The translations under genes and the position numbers were made by a program. Below the pieces are notes generated by a model. That model did not search any database. It had not been told where the DNA came from and saw nothing but the letters and a program-made list of their open reading frames with translations. This document shows positions 37,451 through 46,254 of a stretch of DNA of 47,889 nucleotides, piece after piece; the stretch's first letter is position 1, and each line of letters begins with the position of its first letter. Origin of the DNA: a virus. Its lineage: Duplodnaviria > Caudoviricetes. The stretch is taken from positions 1 through 47,889 of the IMG/VR virus record IMGVR_UViG_3300037419_000284, one strand, 5' to 3'.

Positions 37451-38950
37451 ATGTTAGAACACCTTAAAAATGCGACCAACGTAACTACTACAACTAATGG
37501 TGCTAAGGCACTAAAATCAACACAAAGCTATTTAGTAGACTTTTTCGCTTCCTCAGGAGCGTTGAGAAATCGTCCTAAATCTGATGCTTACCAACTGTTC
37601 TCTAAAGCATTTGCCGAAGATAAGTTGTTAGCTATGAAAGCCCTTTTCTACACTCGTGATATTCGTGGTGGATTAGGTGAGCGTGAAACATTCAAAACTA
37701 TTATCAAGCAACTAGCGTTTACTAACCCTGAGGCATTAGCAAGCAATATTAATCTAATCCCTTACTTCGGTAGATATGACGACTTACTAGTTTTACTTGA
37801 TACGCCTCTTGAAAAATTAGCTATGGCTATCATAAGAGCACAATTACTTGAAGATATGGACTTAGAAAATCCATCTCTATTAGCTAAGTGGTTGCCATCA
37901 GAAAACGCATCTTCTCGTGAGACTAAGCGTTTAGCTACAAGAGTAAGAACCAACTTAGGTTTATCATCTAAGCAATATCGTAAGACTCTATCAATGTTAC
38001 GCAAAAAAATCAACCTAGTTGAAACTAAGCTAACTGATAAGAAATACGAAGAAATTGAATACGATAAGATTCCTTCTAAAGCAGGTCTTGTATATCGTAA
38101 GGCTTTCTACCGTAATGACGAAGAAAGGTATACTGAGTTTGTAAATATAGTTACCAATCCAGTTATTGCGAAAGAAAGAGGAGTAAAGATTAACACTAAG
38201 ACACTATTCCCATACGAGATTGTCCATCAGTATTCATCTTATGCAACTACTCGTTATGGAACACACCTACATTGTTCTTTTAACACTAAGGTAGACCCAA
38301 CCCTAGAGGCTATGTGGAATAACTTACCTGACTATGTAGGAGATACCTTCGACAACGCATTAGCAGTAGTTGATACTTCCGCATCAATGCGTGGATTACC
38401 AATCGAGGTTGCTACTTCTTTAGGTCTTTACTTCGCTGAAAGAAACAAAGGAACATTCGCTAACCACTTCATTACCTTTAGTGCTGAACCTGAGTTACAA
38501 GAAGTTGTAGGTGCTACTTTAGGTGAGAAATTAGATAACATGTCCAAAGCTAAGTGGGACATGAACACAAATATCGAAAAGATGTTTGAGTTAGTCCTAA
38601 ATACTGCTATCGCAAATAATGTACCACAAGAAGAACTACCATCTAAGTTGTTTATCATCTCTGATATGCAATTTGACCGTTGCGTTAAAGGTGGAGGAAA
38701 TGTGACAGTGTTTGAAAACATGTTACAACGCTTTGCTAATGCAGGATATGTAATGCCTGAGTTAGTATTTTGGAATGTCAATGCTTTTGCAGGAAATCAC
38801 CCTGTTAAGTACGACCAAACAGGAACAGCATTAGTATCAGGTTGCTCACCATCTATCTTCAAGAACATTCTTGGAGGAAAAGATATGACACCATATGGTA
38901 TGATGCTAGAAGTGTTAAACTCAGAGCGTTATGACATTATAATCGCATAA
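37451..38950 (+). CDS. DUF2828-like protein: helical TROVE-like region plus C-terminal vWA domain (Ro60-like architecture)
   Basis: FYTRDIRGGLGER, LLAKWLPSE, MIDAS VVDTSASM, IISDMQFD, VFWNV. Confidence 0.85.
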   Translation: MLEHLKNATNVTTTTNGAKALKSTQSYLVDFFASSGALRNRPKSDAYQLFSKAFAEDKLLAMKALFYTRDIRGGLGERETFKTIIKQLAFTNPEALASNINLIPYFGRYDDLLVLLDTPLEKLAMAIIRAQLLEDMDLENPSLLAKWLPSENASSRETKRLATRVRTNLGLSSKQYRKTLSMLRKKINLVETKLTDKKYEEIEYDKIPSKAGLVYRKAFYRNDEERYTEFVNIVTNPVIAKERGVKINTKTLFPYEIVHQYSSYATTRYGTHLHCSFNTKVDPTLEAMWNNLPDYVGDTFDNALAVVDTSASMRGLPIEVATSLGLYFAERNKGTFANHFITFSAEPELQEVVGATLGEKLDNMSKAKWDMNTNIEKMFELVLNTAIANNVPQEELPSKLFIISDMQFDRCVKGGGNVTVFENMLQRFANAGYVMPELVFWNVNAFAGNHPVKYDQTGTALVSGCSPSIFKNILGGKDMTPYGMMLEVLNSERYDIIIA

Positions 38951-38985
38951 TTGTTACATACACGATAAGTATATGATTATATTTA

Positions 38986-39019
38986 AAGGACTATGCCTTA
39001 TGGTGTAGTCTCTTTTTTT
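38986..39019 (+). terminator. Intrinsic terminator
   Basis: GGACTATGCC-TTAT-GGTGTAGTCT followed by a T-run. Confidence 0.8.
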
Positions 39020-39045
39020 GTTTGATTAAAAAGGAAGGTGAGATA

Positions 39046-41400
39046 ATGGCAACATTTACAGGTACACTTTATCCTGATGCGATATTAGAAAGTACAAGTT
39101 GGGCATCGGGTGGACTAACAGATATTGACGATGACCCAAGTAGCCCTGATGCGAACTGGATGGTAGCAACTACTAATGGTTCTCCTGTAGTGAGAGTTAG
39201 CTTTCCAACTCCTGCTCCATCAGCAATAGCAACACTAAGCACTACTACTAATAGTCAAACATTTAGAGTATGGTGTAAAGCTACGAGTTCGAGTGCAACA
39301 GCACAATTACAAATTCAACTTTATAAAAATGGTACTTTAGTATCCTCGGGTACAAATACAACAGTAACCAATACTACAGGAATTTTACTATCATACACTT
39401 GGACTCCTTCTGCTAATGATGATGGCAGTGGTATTGAGTGTAGAATAGTTATAACAGGTGATACATCAGGTTCGGGTACTGCTAGGGGTTCTATTAGCCT
39501 TGGTGCAGTGGCATGGGATTATAATGCAACAGGTATTACAATTGATTCAACTAATATGACTACACCTGTTCTCGTATTTCCATTTAACGGTTCAGCGTGG
39601 AAAGATGTAACAGTAAAAGCAAAAGCACAAACTAACAATGGAAGACAAGTAAGACTTGTAGTTGAATGGTCTAAGACAGACTCAACATTAGCTACTTATA
39701 CAAGTGTCCAATCAGGATTATTCGCTAGTGGTACGACAAGTGCAAATGCTACGACATTGTTGTTGGACTTAGTAACTACAAACTTTGCAGATACAAATAT
39801 TATATATTGGAGATGTTACATATCTGATGATACTGTAGCATCAAATAAGACTGCAATATTTAGTTTTAAATATAGTCCTAACTATGGTTTCTCCCCCGCT
39901 ACACAATGGATGCAACAAGGTGACGACTATAACTTTGTTAGAGCGATTGACGTATCATCAAACCAAGGAACGATAGATTGGGTAGCAGTTAAAAATAGCG
40001 GAGTAAACTTTGCATTATTAAGATGTTATGGTGCAGACCACACAGGTAACGGAGATGTAAACTTTGAAACATATGTTGCTAATGCAAGGTCGGCAGGAGT
40101 AAAAACAGGTGGGTATTTCTACTTAAATGTTATATTTCCTTATAATCTAGCTGATGCACATACTGAGGCAGATAAGTTTATAGCTAAACTTCAAGCAGGA
40201 TACGGAACAGGTCAATATGGTGACTTTATGCCATTTATTGACGTAGAGGATAATACTAATGCTCCAACAATACTTGCAGGAAATACAAATCTAGATGTGA
40301 CTGTAGAACAACTAATTCAATGGATTAATGAATTTAGAAATTATTTTGAGGCACAAACAGGTAGACAACTAGGAATATATGTTCCTGACTACTTTGTCCG
40401 TGACCAAAGAAATAACTTTAACCATGATGATTCTATAAATGGTCCAGTAGCAGGTACTAGTGGTAACTTGCTTAAAGACATGGTTCTATGGGCTAGTGGT
40501 TTTACAAGTTATGATAGATATAGAGGTGGAGTAATGCCTTACTTCGGTGGATGGACAAAGTGGCAAGCCTTCCAACATGGTGACACTAATCTAACACCTC
40601 CTCCAAACTGGACATTGTCAGGTATAACAGGAACAGTTGACTTGGATTGGATAGTCAATGAGACAGAAGACATATTAACTCCATCGAGTGTTACAGGTTT
40701 ATCAGCTAGTAACAATGGAACAGATATTCTTCTAACATGGACACCATCACCTGAGACAGATGTTCATAAATGGGATGTTTATGTTGATGGAGTTAAGGAT
40801 GGCACTTCTACAGTTAATGGTTCTTACACTATCGCATCTCCCGCACAAGGAGTTACTCATACTATAGAAGTAAGACCTATTGATGATTGGGGTGACGACC
40901 CAACTACATCTCCAAACACTATAACATATTCATTTGGAAGTGCAGGACCACCTACTATTACATCCATAACATTATCTAAGTCAAAAATAAGTAAGCATGT
41001 AACATCAGATGTAACATTTAAGTTTGACCAAGATATTGTAGCATGGAATCTAAATGTTAATGGTTCGTCACATGATACTGGTGTCGTAATAGCAACTGGT
41101 GGAGTAGGTGGAGCAACACCCGCTAAGACAGTTGGAGATTTATCATTAATGACAGTATCGGCAGTATCAGGAAATACAGTAAGTGGACTTCTTGGAAGTG
41201 GTTCAAATAAAATACCTGTAGGAACTAATATTACTGCAACTATTGATTCATCAGAGATGGATACAGAGGGAATTAATAGAATAAACATATATGGTCAAGG
41301 TATGAGTGGTCAATGGACTTCTTACTATGGAAGTGGTACAGTTGTCGATTCATATAAGCTAGGTGCTAGAAAATACGGAACTTCTAGATATGGAAAATGA
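39046..41400 (+). CDS. Modular virion-like protein: beta domains, GH25 muramidase, FnIII, C-terminal Ig-like domain
   Basis: AIDVSSNQGTIDW..GGYFY..FIDVED..VDLD GH25 motifs; PSSVTGLSA..LLTW FnIII; RBS favours ATG 39046. Confidence 0.75.
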   Translation: MATFTGTLYPDAILESTSWASGGLTDIDDDPSSPDANWMVATTNGSPVVRVSFPTPAPSAIATLSTTTNSQTFRVWCKATSSSATAQLQIQLYKNGTLVSSGTNTTVTNTTGILLSYTWTPSANDDGSGIECRIVITGDTSGSGTARGSISLGAVAWDYNATGITIDSTNMTTPVLVFPFNGSAWKDVTVKAKAQTNNGRQVRLVVEWSKTDSTLATYTSVQSGLFASGTTSANATTLLLDLVTTNFADTNIIYWRCYISDDTVASNKTAIFSFKYSPNYGFSPATQWMQQGDDYNFVRAIDVSSNQGTIDWVAVKNSGVNFALLRCYGADHTGNGDVNFETYVANARSAGVKTGGYFYLNVIFPYNLADAHTEADKFIAKLQAGYGTGQYGDFMPFIDVEDNTNAPTILAGNTNLDVTVEQLIQWINEFRNYFEAQTGRQLGIYVPDYFVRDQRNNFNHDDSINGPVAGTSGNLLKDMVLWASGFTSYDRYRGGVMPYFGGWTKWQAFQHGDTNLTPPPNWTLSGITGTVDLDWIVNETEDILTPSSVTGLSASNNGTDILLTWTPSPETDVHKWDVYVDGVKDGTSTVNGSYTIASPAQGVTHTIEVRPIDDWGDDPTTSPNTITYSFGSAGPPTITSITLSKSKISKHVTSDVTFKFDQDIVAWNLNVNGSSHDTGVVIATGGVGGATPAKTVGDLSLMTVSAVSGNTVSGLLGSGSNKIPVGTNITATIDSSEMDTEGINRINIYGQGMSGQWTSYYGSGTVVDSYKLGARKYGTSRYGK

Positions 41401-41412
41401 GGAGGGTAAACA

Positions 41413-42516
41413 ATGACTTTCATAAATAAATTAAACTACAATGTGAGTGGAACTAGAGTGTCAGATGAAGTTATCACATTATCAGGTGGTAATAAACTTG
41501 TGTCACTTCTACATCATAATGTAATGGCAAGTCCCGCTATAGCAATTTGGACAGGTGTTGGGGGAACAGGAACGCAAATAACAGACTTCACTGTTGCTCC
41601 TAATACTAAGGGTTGGATAAGTGATATTACATTCGGTGCATCAGTTGGTAATGGTACATATTATGCTACATATTACTCGCAAGGTGATGAAAACGATGCA
41701 GATGATATTAACAATATCCAAAATGCAATAACTACATTACAGAGTGACCGACCAGGAAAGCTAGTTGCAAGATATGTCCATAGTGGTAACAAGGTTATTC
41801 AACCTACAGCATTAAATACAACAACAGGTGTATTTACAACTGCTACTTCTTTAACTGGATTAGGTCTTGCAGTTGGTTCATATACTCTAACTATTTTCAA
41901 TATGCATACATGGAATACAAAGATTCTACCAGTAGAAATTAACCCAATAAACTCCTACTATGTATATGTAGTTAGTGATACAACATTCCAACTATCAACA
42001 TCTAATACATCAGCAGGTCTTGTATCATCTTATCCAAACGCAAGTAATACTGCAATAGATTGTAGTCAGTTTCATTTTGAGACAGGAGCAACAGGAAACT
42101 TTACAGTTGACCTTACAGGATTAAACCTATCAGATATTCGTGTAAAGACCGATGTTCAAAGGGAAAGAGGCGGTTGGGCATATGTGTATCTACAAGGAAC
42201 ATCTGATGAAACTCCAAGTTTTGCTAACTATGCAGGAGGGGCTGTTGATGGAAGGTCTACACAATCCCTATATATGGAGCACCATTTTAGATACACCCCT
42301 GAGTCTAAAACAATATGGGGAACTGTAGAGCATACACAATCTGTAGTATGGGGAAATGTGTCAGGCGGAACTTGGACAGCATCCTCGACTAATGATACTG
42401 TTGCATGTTCTCAATGGAAACCATATACAAACTTTAAAATAACAGGCATAAGGTTTGCTTTTATCTTTGCTAATAACTCGGTTATTGAAGTCTATGATAT
42501 GAAAGGAAGTTACTAA
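41413..42516 (+). CDS. Fibre/receptor-binding-like protein
   Basis: 367 aa, Thr/Gly-rich beta, ADDINNIQNAI coiled segment, followed by a chaperone-like gene. Confidence 0.55.
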   Translation: MTFINKLNYNVSGTRVSDEVITLSGGNKLVSLLHHNVMASPAIAIWTGVGGTGTQITDFTVAPNTKGWISDITFGASVGNGTYYATYYSQGDENDADDINNIQNAITTLQSDRPGKLVARYVHSGNKVIQPTALNTTTGVFTTATSLTGLGLAVGSYTLTIFNMHTWNTKILPVEINPINSYYVYVVSDTTFQLSTSNTSAGLVSSYPNASNTAIDCSQFHFETGATGNFTVDLTGLNLSDIRVKTDVQRERGGWAYVYLQGTSDETPSFANYAGGAVDGRSTQSLYMEHHFRYTPESKTIWGTVEHTQSVVWGNVSGGTWTASSTNDTVACSQWKPYTNFKITGIRFAFIFANNSVIEVYDMKGSY

Positions 42517-42518
42517 TT

Positions 42519-42953
42519 ATGGCTAAAGAAAGAATATTTAATGCATTAACTGGCGAAATAACTGAGATTGAAGTAGCAGATAGTACATTACCTATTGAAG
42601 ATGTAAAGCCACAAATTTTATCAAGTCTAAACAGTATGTATCAAACTACATTAGTAAGAGGTTTTGTTTCATCAGCAACAGGAACAGCAATAGAATACAA
42701 GTACGACCAAAATTTCCAAATGATATATATAAAGTGGGCTAATATTTTAGCCCTTGATTCTACAAAGGATTCTGTTGTGTTTGCAACTCATAATGGTGTA
42801 GTTACTATGACAAGACAACAATTTGTTCAATTCATAAATGATGCACAACAATTTGAATTGAATCTATTCACAAAGAAAACAGATTTAGAGAATCAAATTA
42901 ATAACGCTACAACTATTGATGAATTAAATGCAATAGTTTTAACTTTAGACTAG
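42519..42953 (+). CDS. DUF4376-like fibre assembly chaperone
   Basis: C-terminal LENQINNATTIDELNAI motif. Confidence 0.65.
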   Translation: MAKERIFNALTGEITEIEVADSTLPIEDVKPQILSSLNSMYQTTLVRGFVSSATGTAIEYKYDQNFQMIYIKWANILALDSTKDSVVFATHNGVVTMTRQQFVQFINDAQQFELNLFTKKTDLENQINNATTIDELNAIVLTLD

Positions 42954-42965
42954 GAGGGAAAATAA

Positions 42966-43547
42966 ATGTCAACTAACACACCAAACTATAACCTAATTAA
43001 GCCAGTAGATGCTGATAATGCTGACTTAAAAATATTTGTAGGTAATAACATGGACATTATTGATTCTGAATTAAAGAAAAGGATGCAACTAGACCCTACA
43101 TATGGAACTAATCAAAATGCTACAAATTCAGCTTTTCGTGCTACCGCTGATGGAACACAAGCTATGACTTCGGGTTCAGTAACTAAGATTAACTTTACGA
43201 CTGTAGAGTATGATATACAGGGTGAGTATACAACAGGAAACAGTACATTTACACCTAAAACAGCAGGTGTATATATGATTTCCGCATGTCTCCGTTTCGG
43301 AAATAGTTCAGCCGCTAATAACCAATTGTTTATTTCAGTACATAAGAACGGTGCAGAATATACTCGTTTGCAGAACTTTGTTAATGGTACTCCTGCATTA
43401 TCAACAGCATTTCAGGCTCATGGTTGTGCAGTTGTTAAATGTAATGCACTAGATACGATAGACATTTATGGGTATATTACAACATCAGGTACTTATGTTC
43501 AAAATTCAGTTGGTGCATCATTCTTTAGTGCAGTTAAAATAGGGTAG
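42966..43547 (+). CDS. Short fibre protein with C1q-like head
   Basis: NTPNYNLIKP start; SAFRA..INF..FTPKTAGVYMI..FSAVKI. Confidence 0.65.
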   Translation: MSTNTPNYNLIKPVDADNADLKIFVGNNMDIIDSELKKRMQLDPTYGTNQNATNSAFRATADGTQAMTSGSVTKINFTTVEYDIQGEYTTGNSTFTPKTAGVYMISACLRFGNSSAANNQLFISVHKNGAEYTRLQNFVNGTPALSTAFQAHGCAVVKCNALDTIDIYGYITTSGTYVQNSVGASFFSAVKIG

Positions 43548-43560
43548 GAGGTGGAAAGAG

Positions 43561-44055
43561 ATGAATGTAGTAGGTGCAATAGAAATGTTATATCCAAATG
43601 CAGTTAAGTTAGTTGATTTTGTAGTTAGGGACGAGGGAAAAGGACAATACATATATGAATGGAATCTACCTTATCCACAACCGACAATAGAGGAACTAGC
43701 AAACGCACAATTGACTTATCTTAAGAGGGTAAAGAAAGAAGACATAAACGCTAGATGTCAACAGACTATACTAGGAGGATTTACTGCTAGTAATGGTCAC
43801 TCATATGCATTTGATTTTAAAGACCAAGATAATTTTACTCAGCAAATGTTATTTCTTGTTCATGACCCAACAATAACTGAAATCCCTTGGAATACTAACG
43901 AGGGAGTTGTTGTCCATACTAGAGATGAATTTCTACAAGTATGCCAAGATGCAAATGCACATAAAACAGGCAACTTTAAAAAGTATTGGACATTACTAGC
44001 ACAACTAGAAAGTGCAACTACAGAAGATGAAATCAATGCTATAGGTTGGTCATAA
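43561..44055 (+). CDS. XkdW-like plus DUF4376-like chaperone
   Basis: LYPNA..DFVVRD..YIYEWNLPYPQPT; LESATTEDEINAIGW. Confidence 0.65.
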   Translation: MNVVGAIEMLYPNAVKLVDFVVRDEGKGQYIYEWNLPYPQPTIEELANAQLTYLKRVKKEDINARCQQTILGGFTASNGHSYAFDFKDQDNFTQQMLFLVHDPTITEIPWNTNEGVVVHTRDEFLQVCQDANAHKTGNFKKYWTLLAQLESATTEDEINAIGWS

Positions 44056-44063
44056 GTTTACCC

Positions 44064-44092
44064 TTGACTTTTTCGTAAAGATGTATTATAAT
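44064..44092 (+). promoter_or_regulatory. sigmaA-type promoter of the tRNA array
   Basis: TTGACT-17 nt-TATAAT. Confidence 0.8.
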
Positions 44093-44180
44093 CATAATAT
44101 AAGTAAGAGAGGTTATCCTCTCTGAAACGTGATAGCATATTTTTTTCCACTATAAGAAGTATATGCTGACAAATCAGAAA

Positions 44181-44251
44181 CACTCTATAGTATAAAGGTA
44201 ATACAGAGGTCTCATAAGCCTTAGTTGGTGGTTCAAGTCCACCTAGAGTGA
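44181..44251 (+). tRNA. tRNA-CAU (elongator Met or Ile2)
   Basis: Acceptor CACTCTA/TAGAGTG, loop CT-CAT-AA. Confidence 0.85.
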
Positions 44252-44253
44252 TA

Positions 44254-44325
44254 AGCAGTGAGGACAAACGGTAAGTTGCTAGGCTCATGCCCTAGAGATA
44301 GTAGGTTCAACTCCTACCACTGCAA
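44254..44325 (+). tRNA. tRNA-CAU, initiator-like (1:72 mismatch)
   Basis: Acceptor AGCAGTG/CACTGCA, loop CT-CAT-GC. Confidence 0.75.
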
Positions 44326-44328
44326 TTA

Positions 44329-44399
44329 CGTCCTATCGTATAATGGTAATACGGACAACTTATAATTGTCTAATATGAGTTCAATTCTCGTTGGGACGA
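44329..44399 (+). tRNA. tRNA-Ile(UAU)
   Basis: Acceptor CGTCCTA/TGGGACG, loop CT-TAT-AA. Confidence 0.85.
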
Positions 44400-44402
44400 T
44401 AT

Positions 44403-44476
44403 GCTGGCATAGCACAATTTGGTGGTGCGTCTGACTTGTAATCAGGAGGTTGGGAGTTCGATTCTCTCTGTCAGCA
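44403..44476 (+). tRNA. tRNA-Thr(UGU)
   Basis: Cloverleaf, loop CT-TGT-AA. Confidence 0.92.
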
Positions 44477-44487
44477 CCTTACACTGA

Positions 44488-44562
44488 TGGGTATTAGTTC
44501 AGTTTGGCTAGAACGCATGCTTTGGGAGCATGAGGTCGCAGGTTCGAGTCCTGTATACCCAA
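44488..44562 (+). tRNA. tRNA-Pro(UGG)
   Basis: Cloverleaf, loop TT-TGG-GA. Confidence 0.92.
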
Positions 44563-44575
44563 TATATTTTGACCC

Positions 44576-44604
44576 TTGACTTTTAACTAACAAGGTGTTA
44601 TAAT
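44576..44604 (+). promoter_or_regulatory. Internal sigmaA-type promoter of the tRNA array
   Basis: TTGACT-17 nt-TATAAT with extended TG. Confidence 0.85.
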
Positions 44605-44625
44605 ACAAATATAAGTTAATAACTT

Positions 44626-44698
44626 TGGCTAGTAGTTCAGTCGGTAGAACAAATGACTGTTAATCATTGGGTCGCAGGTTCGAGTCCTGCCTAGCCAG
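44626..44698 (+). tRNA. tRNA-Asn(GUU)
   Basis: Cloverleaf, loop CT-GTT-AA. Confidence 0.92.
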
Positions 44699-44701
44699 TA
44701 T

Positions 44702-44775
44702 GGGGGATTAGTTAAATGGGATAACATCTGCCTTGCACGCAGAAATCACGAGTTCGACTCTCGTATCTTCCACCA
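44702..44775 (+). tRNA. tRNA-Ala(UGC)
   Basis: Loop CT-TGC-AC, G3:U70, CCA encoded. Confidence 0.92.
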
Positions 44776-44784
44776 ATTTAATAT

Positions 44785-44858
44785 GGCATGTTAGGCAAAC
44801 TGGTTAAGCCGTCACCCTTTCAAGGTGGAGATTGTGGGTTCGAGTCCCATACATGTCA
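44785..44858 (+). tRNA. tRNA-Glu(UUC)
   Basis: Cloverleaf, loop CT-TTC-AA. Confidence 0.92.
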
Positions 44859-44861
44859 TTT

Positions 44862-44935
44862 GGAGCATTGATGTAGTGGTAACATAGCTGACTGTCTATC
44901 AGCCATCAGGGGTTCAAATCCCCTATGCTTCGCCA
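44862..44935 (+). tRNA. tRNA-Asp(GUC)
   Basis: Loop CT-GTC-TA, G73, CCA encoded. Confidence 0.9.
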
Positions 44936-44936
44936 A

Positions 44937-45007
44937 CGTCCATTAGTTTAACGGGAAAACATCTCTCTTACAAAGAGAAATTGGCAGTTCGATTCTGTCA
45001 TGGACGA
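44937..45007 (+). tRNA. tRNA-Val(UAC)
   Basis: Cloverleaf, loop CT-TAC-AA. Confidence 0.9.
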
Positions 45008-45018
45008 TATTAATATAT

Positions 45019-45108
45019 GTGTCGATGGGTGAGTGGTTAATACCGACAGTCTGTAAAACTGTTCTCGTTAAGTCGGGTACGTTGGTTCAAATCCAACTCG
45101 GCACACCA
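45019..45108 (+). tRNA. tRNA-Tyr(GUA)
   Basis: Loop CT-GTA-AA, long variable arm, CCA encoded. Confidence 0.92.
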
Positions 45109-45112
45109 TTAT

Positions 45113-45188
45113 GGAGGAGTAGCTGATGTGGTCTTAGCACTAGCTTGAAACCCTAGAGATATAGGTTCGATTCCTGTCTCCTCTGCCA
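45113..45188 (+). tRNA. tRNA-Phe(GAA), atypical
   Basis: Loop TT-GAA-AC closed by a C:C mismatch, G73, CCA encoded. Confidence 0.7.
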
Positions 45189-45189
45189 T

Positions 45190-45264
45190 GCTGAGTTAGT
45201 ATAACGGTTAGTACACACGACTGATAATCGTGCAATACAAGTTCGATTCTTGTACTCAGTACCA
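45190..45264 (+). tRNA. tRNA-Ile(GAU)
   Basis: Loop CT-GAT-AA, CCA encoded. Confidence 0.92.
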
Positions 45265-45271
45265 ATAATAT

Positions 45272-45345
45272 GTGGGATTAGTATAGCGGTAGTACAGGTG
45301 CTTGCCAAGCATCTAGCACGAGTTCGAGCCTCGTATCTCACACCA
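45272..45345 (+). tRNA. tRNA-Gly(GCC)
   Basis: Loop TT-GCC-AA, CCA encoded. Confidence 0.88.
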
Positions 45346-45355
45346 CGTTTTCTTT

Positions 45356-45427
45356 GCCCTTTTGGTTGAATGGATACAACGTTAGTCTACGGAACTAAAG
45401 GTGGGAGTTCGATTCTCTCAAAGGGTG
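45356..45427 (+). tRNA. tRNA-Arg(ACG)
   Basis: Cloverleaf, loop CT-ACG-GA. Confidence 0.9.
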
Positions 45428-45432
45428 TTTAT

Positions 45433-45504
45433 GTCTCCATAGTGTAAAGGATAACACAAGGGTCTTCTAAGCCTTTAATCTAAGTTCGATTCTTAGTGGG
45501 GATG
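45433..45504 (+). tRNA. tRNA-Arg(UCU)
   Basis: Cloverleaf, loop CT-TCT-AA. Confidence 0.9.
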
Positions 45505-45514
45505 TTATGTTAAT

Positions 45515-45604
45515 GGATAGTTACTCTAATTGGTAAGAGAACAGTCTTGAAAACTGTCGTAGGTATAAAAGCCGATGGGGGTTCGAGTCCCTCACTATCC
45601 TCCA
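45515..45604 (+). tRNA. tRNA-Ser(UGA)
   Basis: Loop CT-TGA-AA, long variable arm, CCA encoded. Confidence 0.92.
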
Positions 45605-45607
45605 TAT

Positions 45608-45697
45608 GGAGTGTTACTCAAGTGGTTAAGAGAACAGTTTGCTAAACTGTCAGCACGTTAATTCGTGGCATGGGTTCAAATCCCATACACTCCTCCA
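45608..45697 (+). tRNA. tRNA-Ser(GCU)
   Basis: Loop TT-GCT-AA, long variable arm, CCA encoded. Confidence 0.92.
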
Positions 45698-45698
45698 T

Positions 45699-45775
45699 CT
45701 CCTGCTACCCAAGTAGACTAAGGGAACTGTCTGCAAAACAGTTATTCATGAGTGCAAATCTCATGCAGGAGTCCA
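45699..45775 (+). tRNA. tRNA-Cys(GCA)
   Basis: Loop CT-GCA-AA, U73, CCA encoded; T-loop reads TGCAAAT. Confidence 0.85.
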
Positions 45776-45778
45776 TAT

Positions 45779-45850
45779 GAGATTGTGGTGAAATGGTTAT
45801 CACTGCTGACTTTTAATCAGTTATTCCGAGTTCGAGTCTCGGCAGTCTCA
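45779..45850 (+). tRNA. tRNA-Lys(UUU)
   Basis: Cloverleaf, loop CT-TTT-AA. Confidence 0.9.
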
Positions 45851-45856
45851 CTTTAT

Positions 45857-45940
45857 GCCGATGTGGTGGAAGTGGCAATACACGCTAGTCTTAGGAACTA
45901 GTGCCTTCGAGGATTGGGAGTTCGAGTCTCTCCATCGGTA
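45857..45940 (+). tRNA. tRNA-Leu(UAG)
   Basis: Loop CT-TAG-GA, long variable arm. Confidence 0.92.
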
Positions 45941-45948
45941 TTCATTAA

Positions 45949-46022
45949 CAAGGTGTGACGTATTGGTAACGTGGCAGGTTGTGACCCTGTTAAAGTCGGT
46001 TCGATTCCGACCTCCTTGACCA
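45949..46022 (+). tRNA. tRNA-His(GUG), atypical
   Basis: Loop TT-GTG-AC, A73, no encoded G-1, CCA encoded. Confidence 0.75.
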
Positions 46023-46035
46023 ACGTGTTGTTTAT

Positions 46036-46109
46036 GTGGTGCTAGTATAGTGGTAATACTCCTGACTTCCAATCAGGCATCAAGGGTTCGACCCCCTTGC
46101 ATCACACCA
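46036..46109 (+). tRNA. tRNA-Gly(UCC)
   Basis: Loop CT-TCC-AA, CCA encoded. Confidence 0.88.
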
Positions 46110-46115
46110 AATTAT

Positions 46116-46189
46116 AGGGGATTAGCTTAGTGGTAGAGCAACCGACTTTGACTCGGTTAGTATAGGTTCGATTCCTATATCCCCCGCCA
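46116..46189 (+). tRNA. tRNA-Gln(UUG)
   Basis: Loop CT-TTG-AC, A1:C72 mismatch, CCA encoded. Confidence 0.88.
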
Positions 46190-46254
46190 ACGTGGTTTTC
46201 CACATTTATCTACCTCCAATGTTGATAAATTAAGGGAGTTTATCTCCCTACCGT

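Noticed and set aside
39900-40680. Endolysin call for the GH25 domain
   Set aside because: Embedded in a large Ig/FnIII-rich protein among fibre genes with no adjacent holin
44058-46072. Minus-strand ORFs of 76, 62 and 74 aa
   Set aside because: They are reverse complements of tRNA genes
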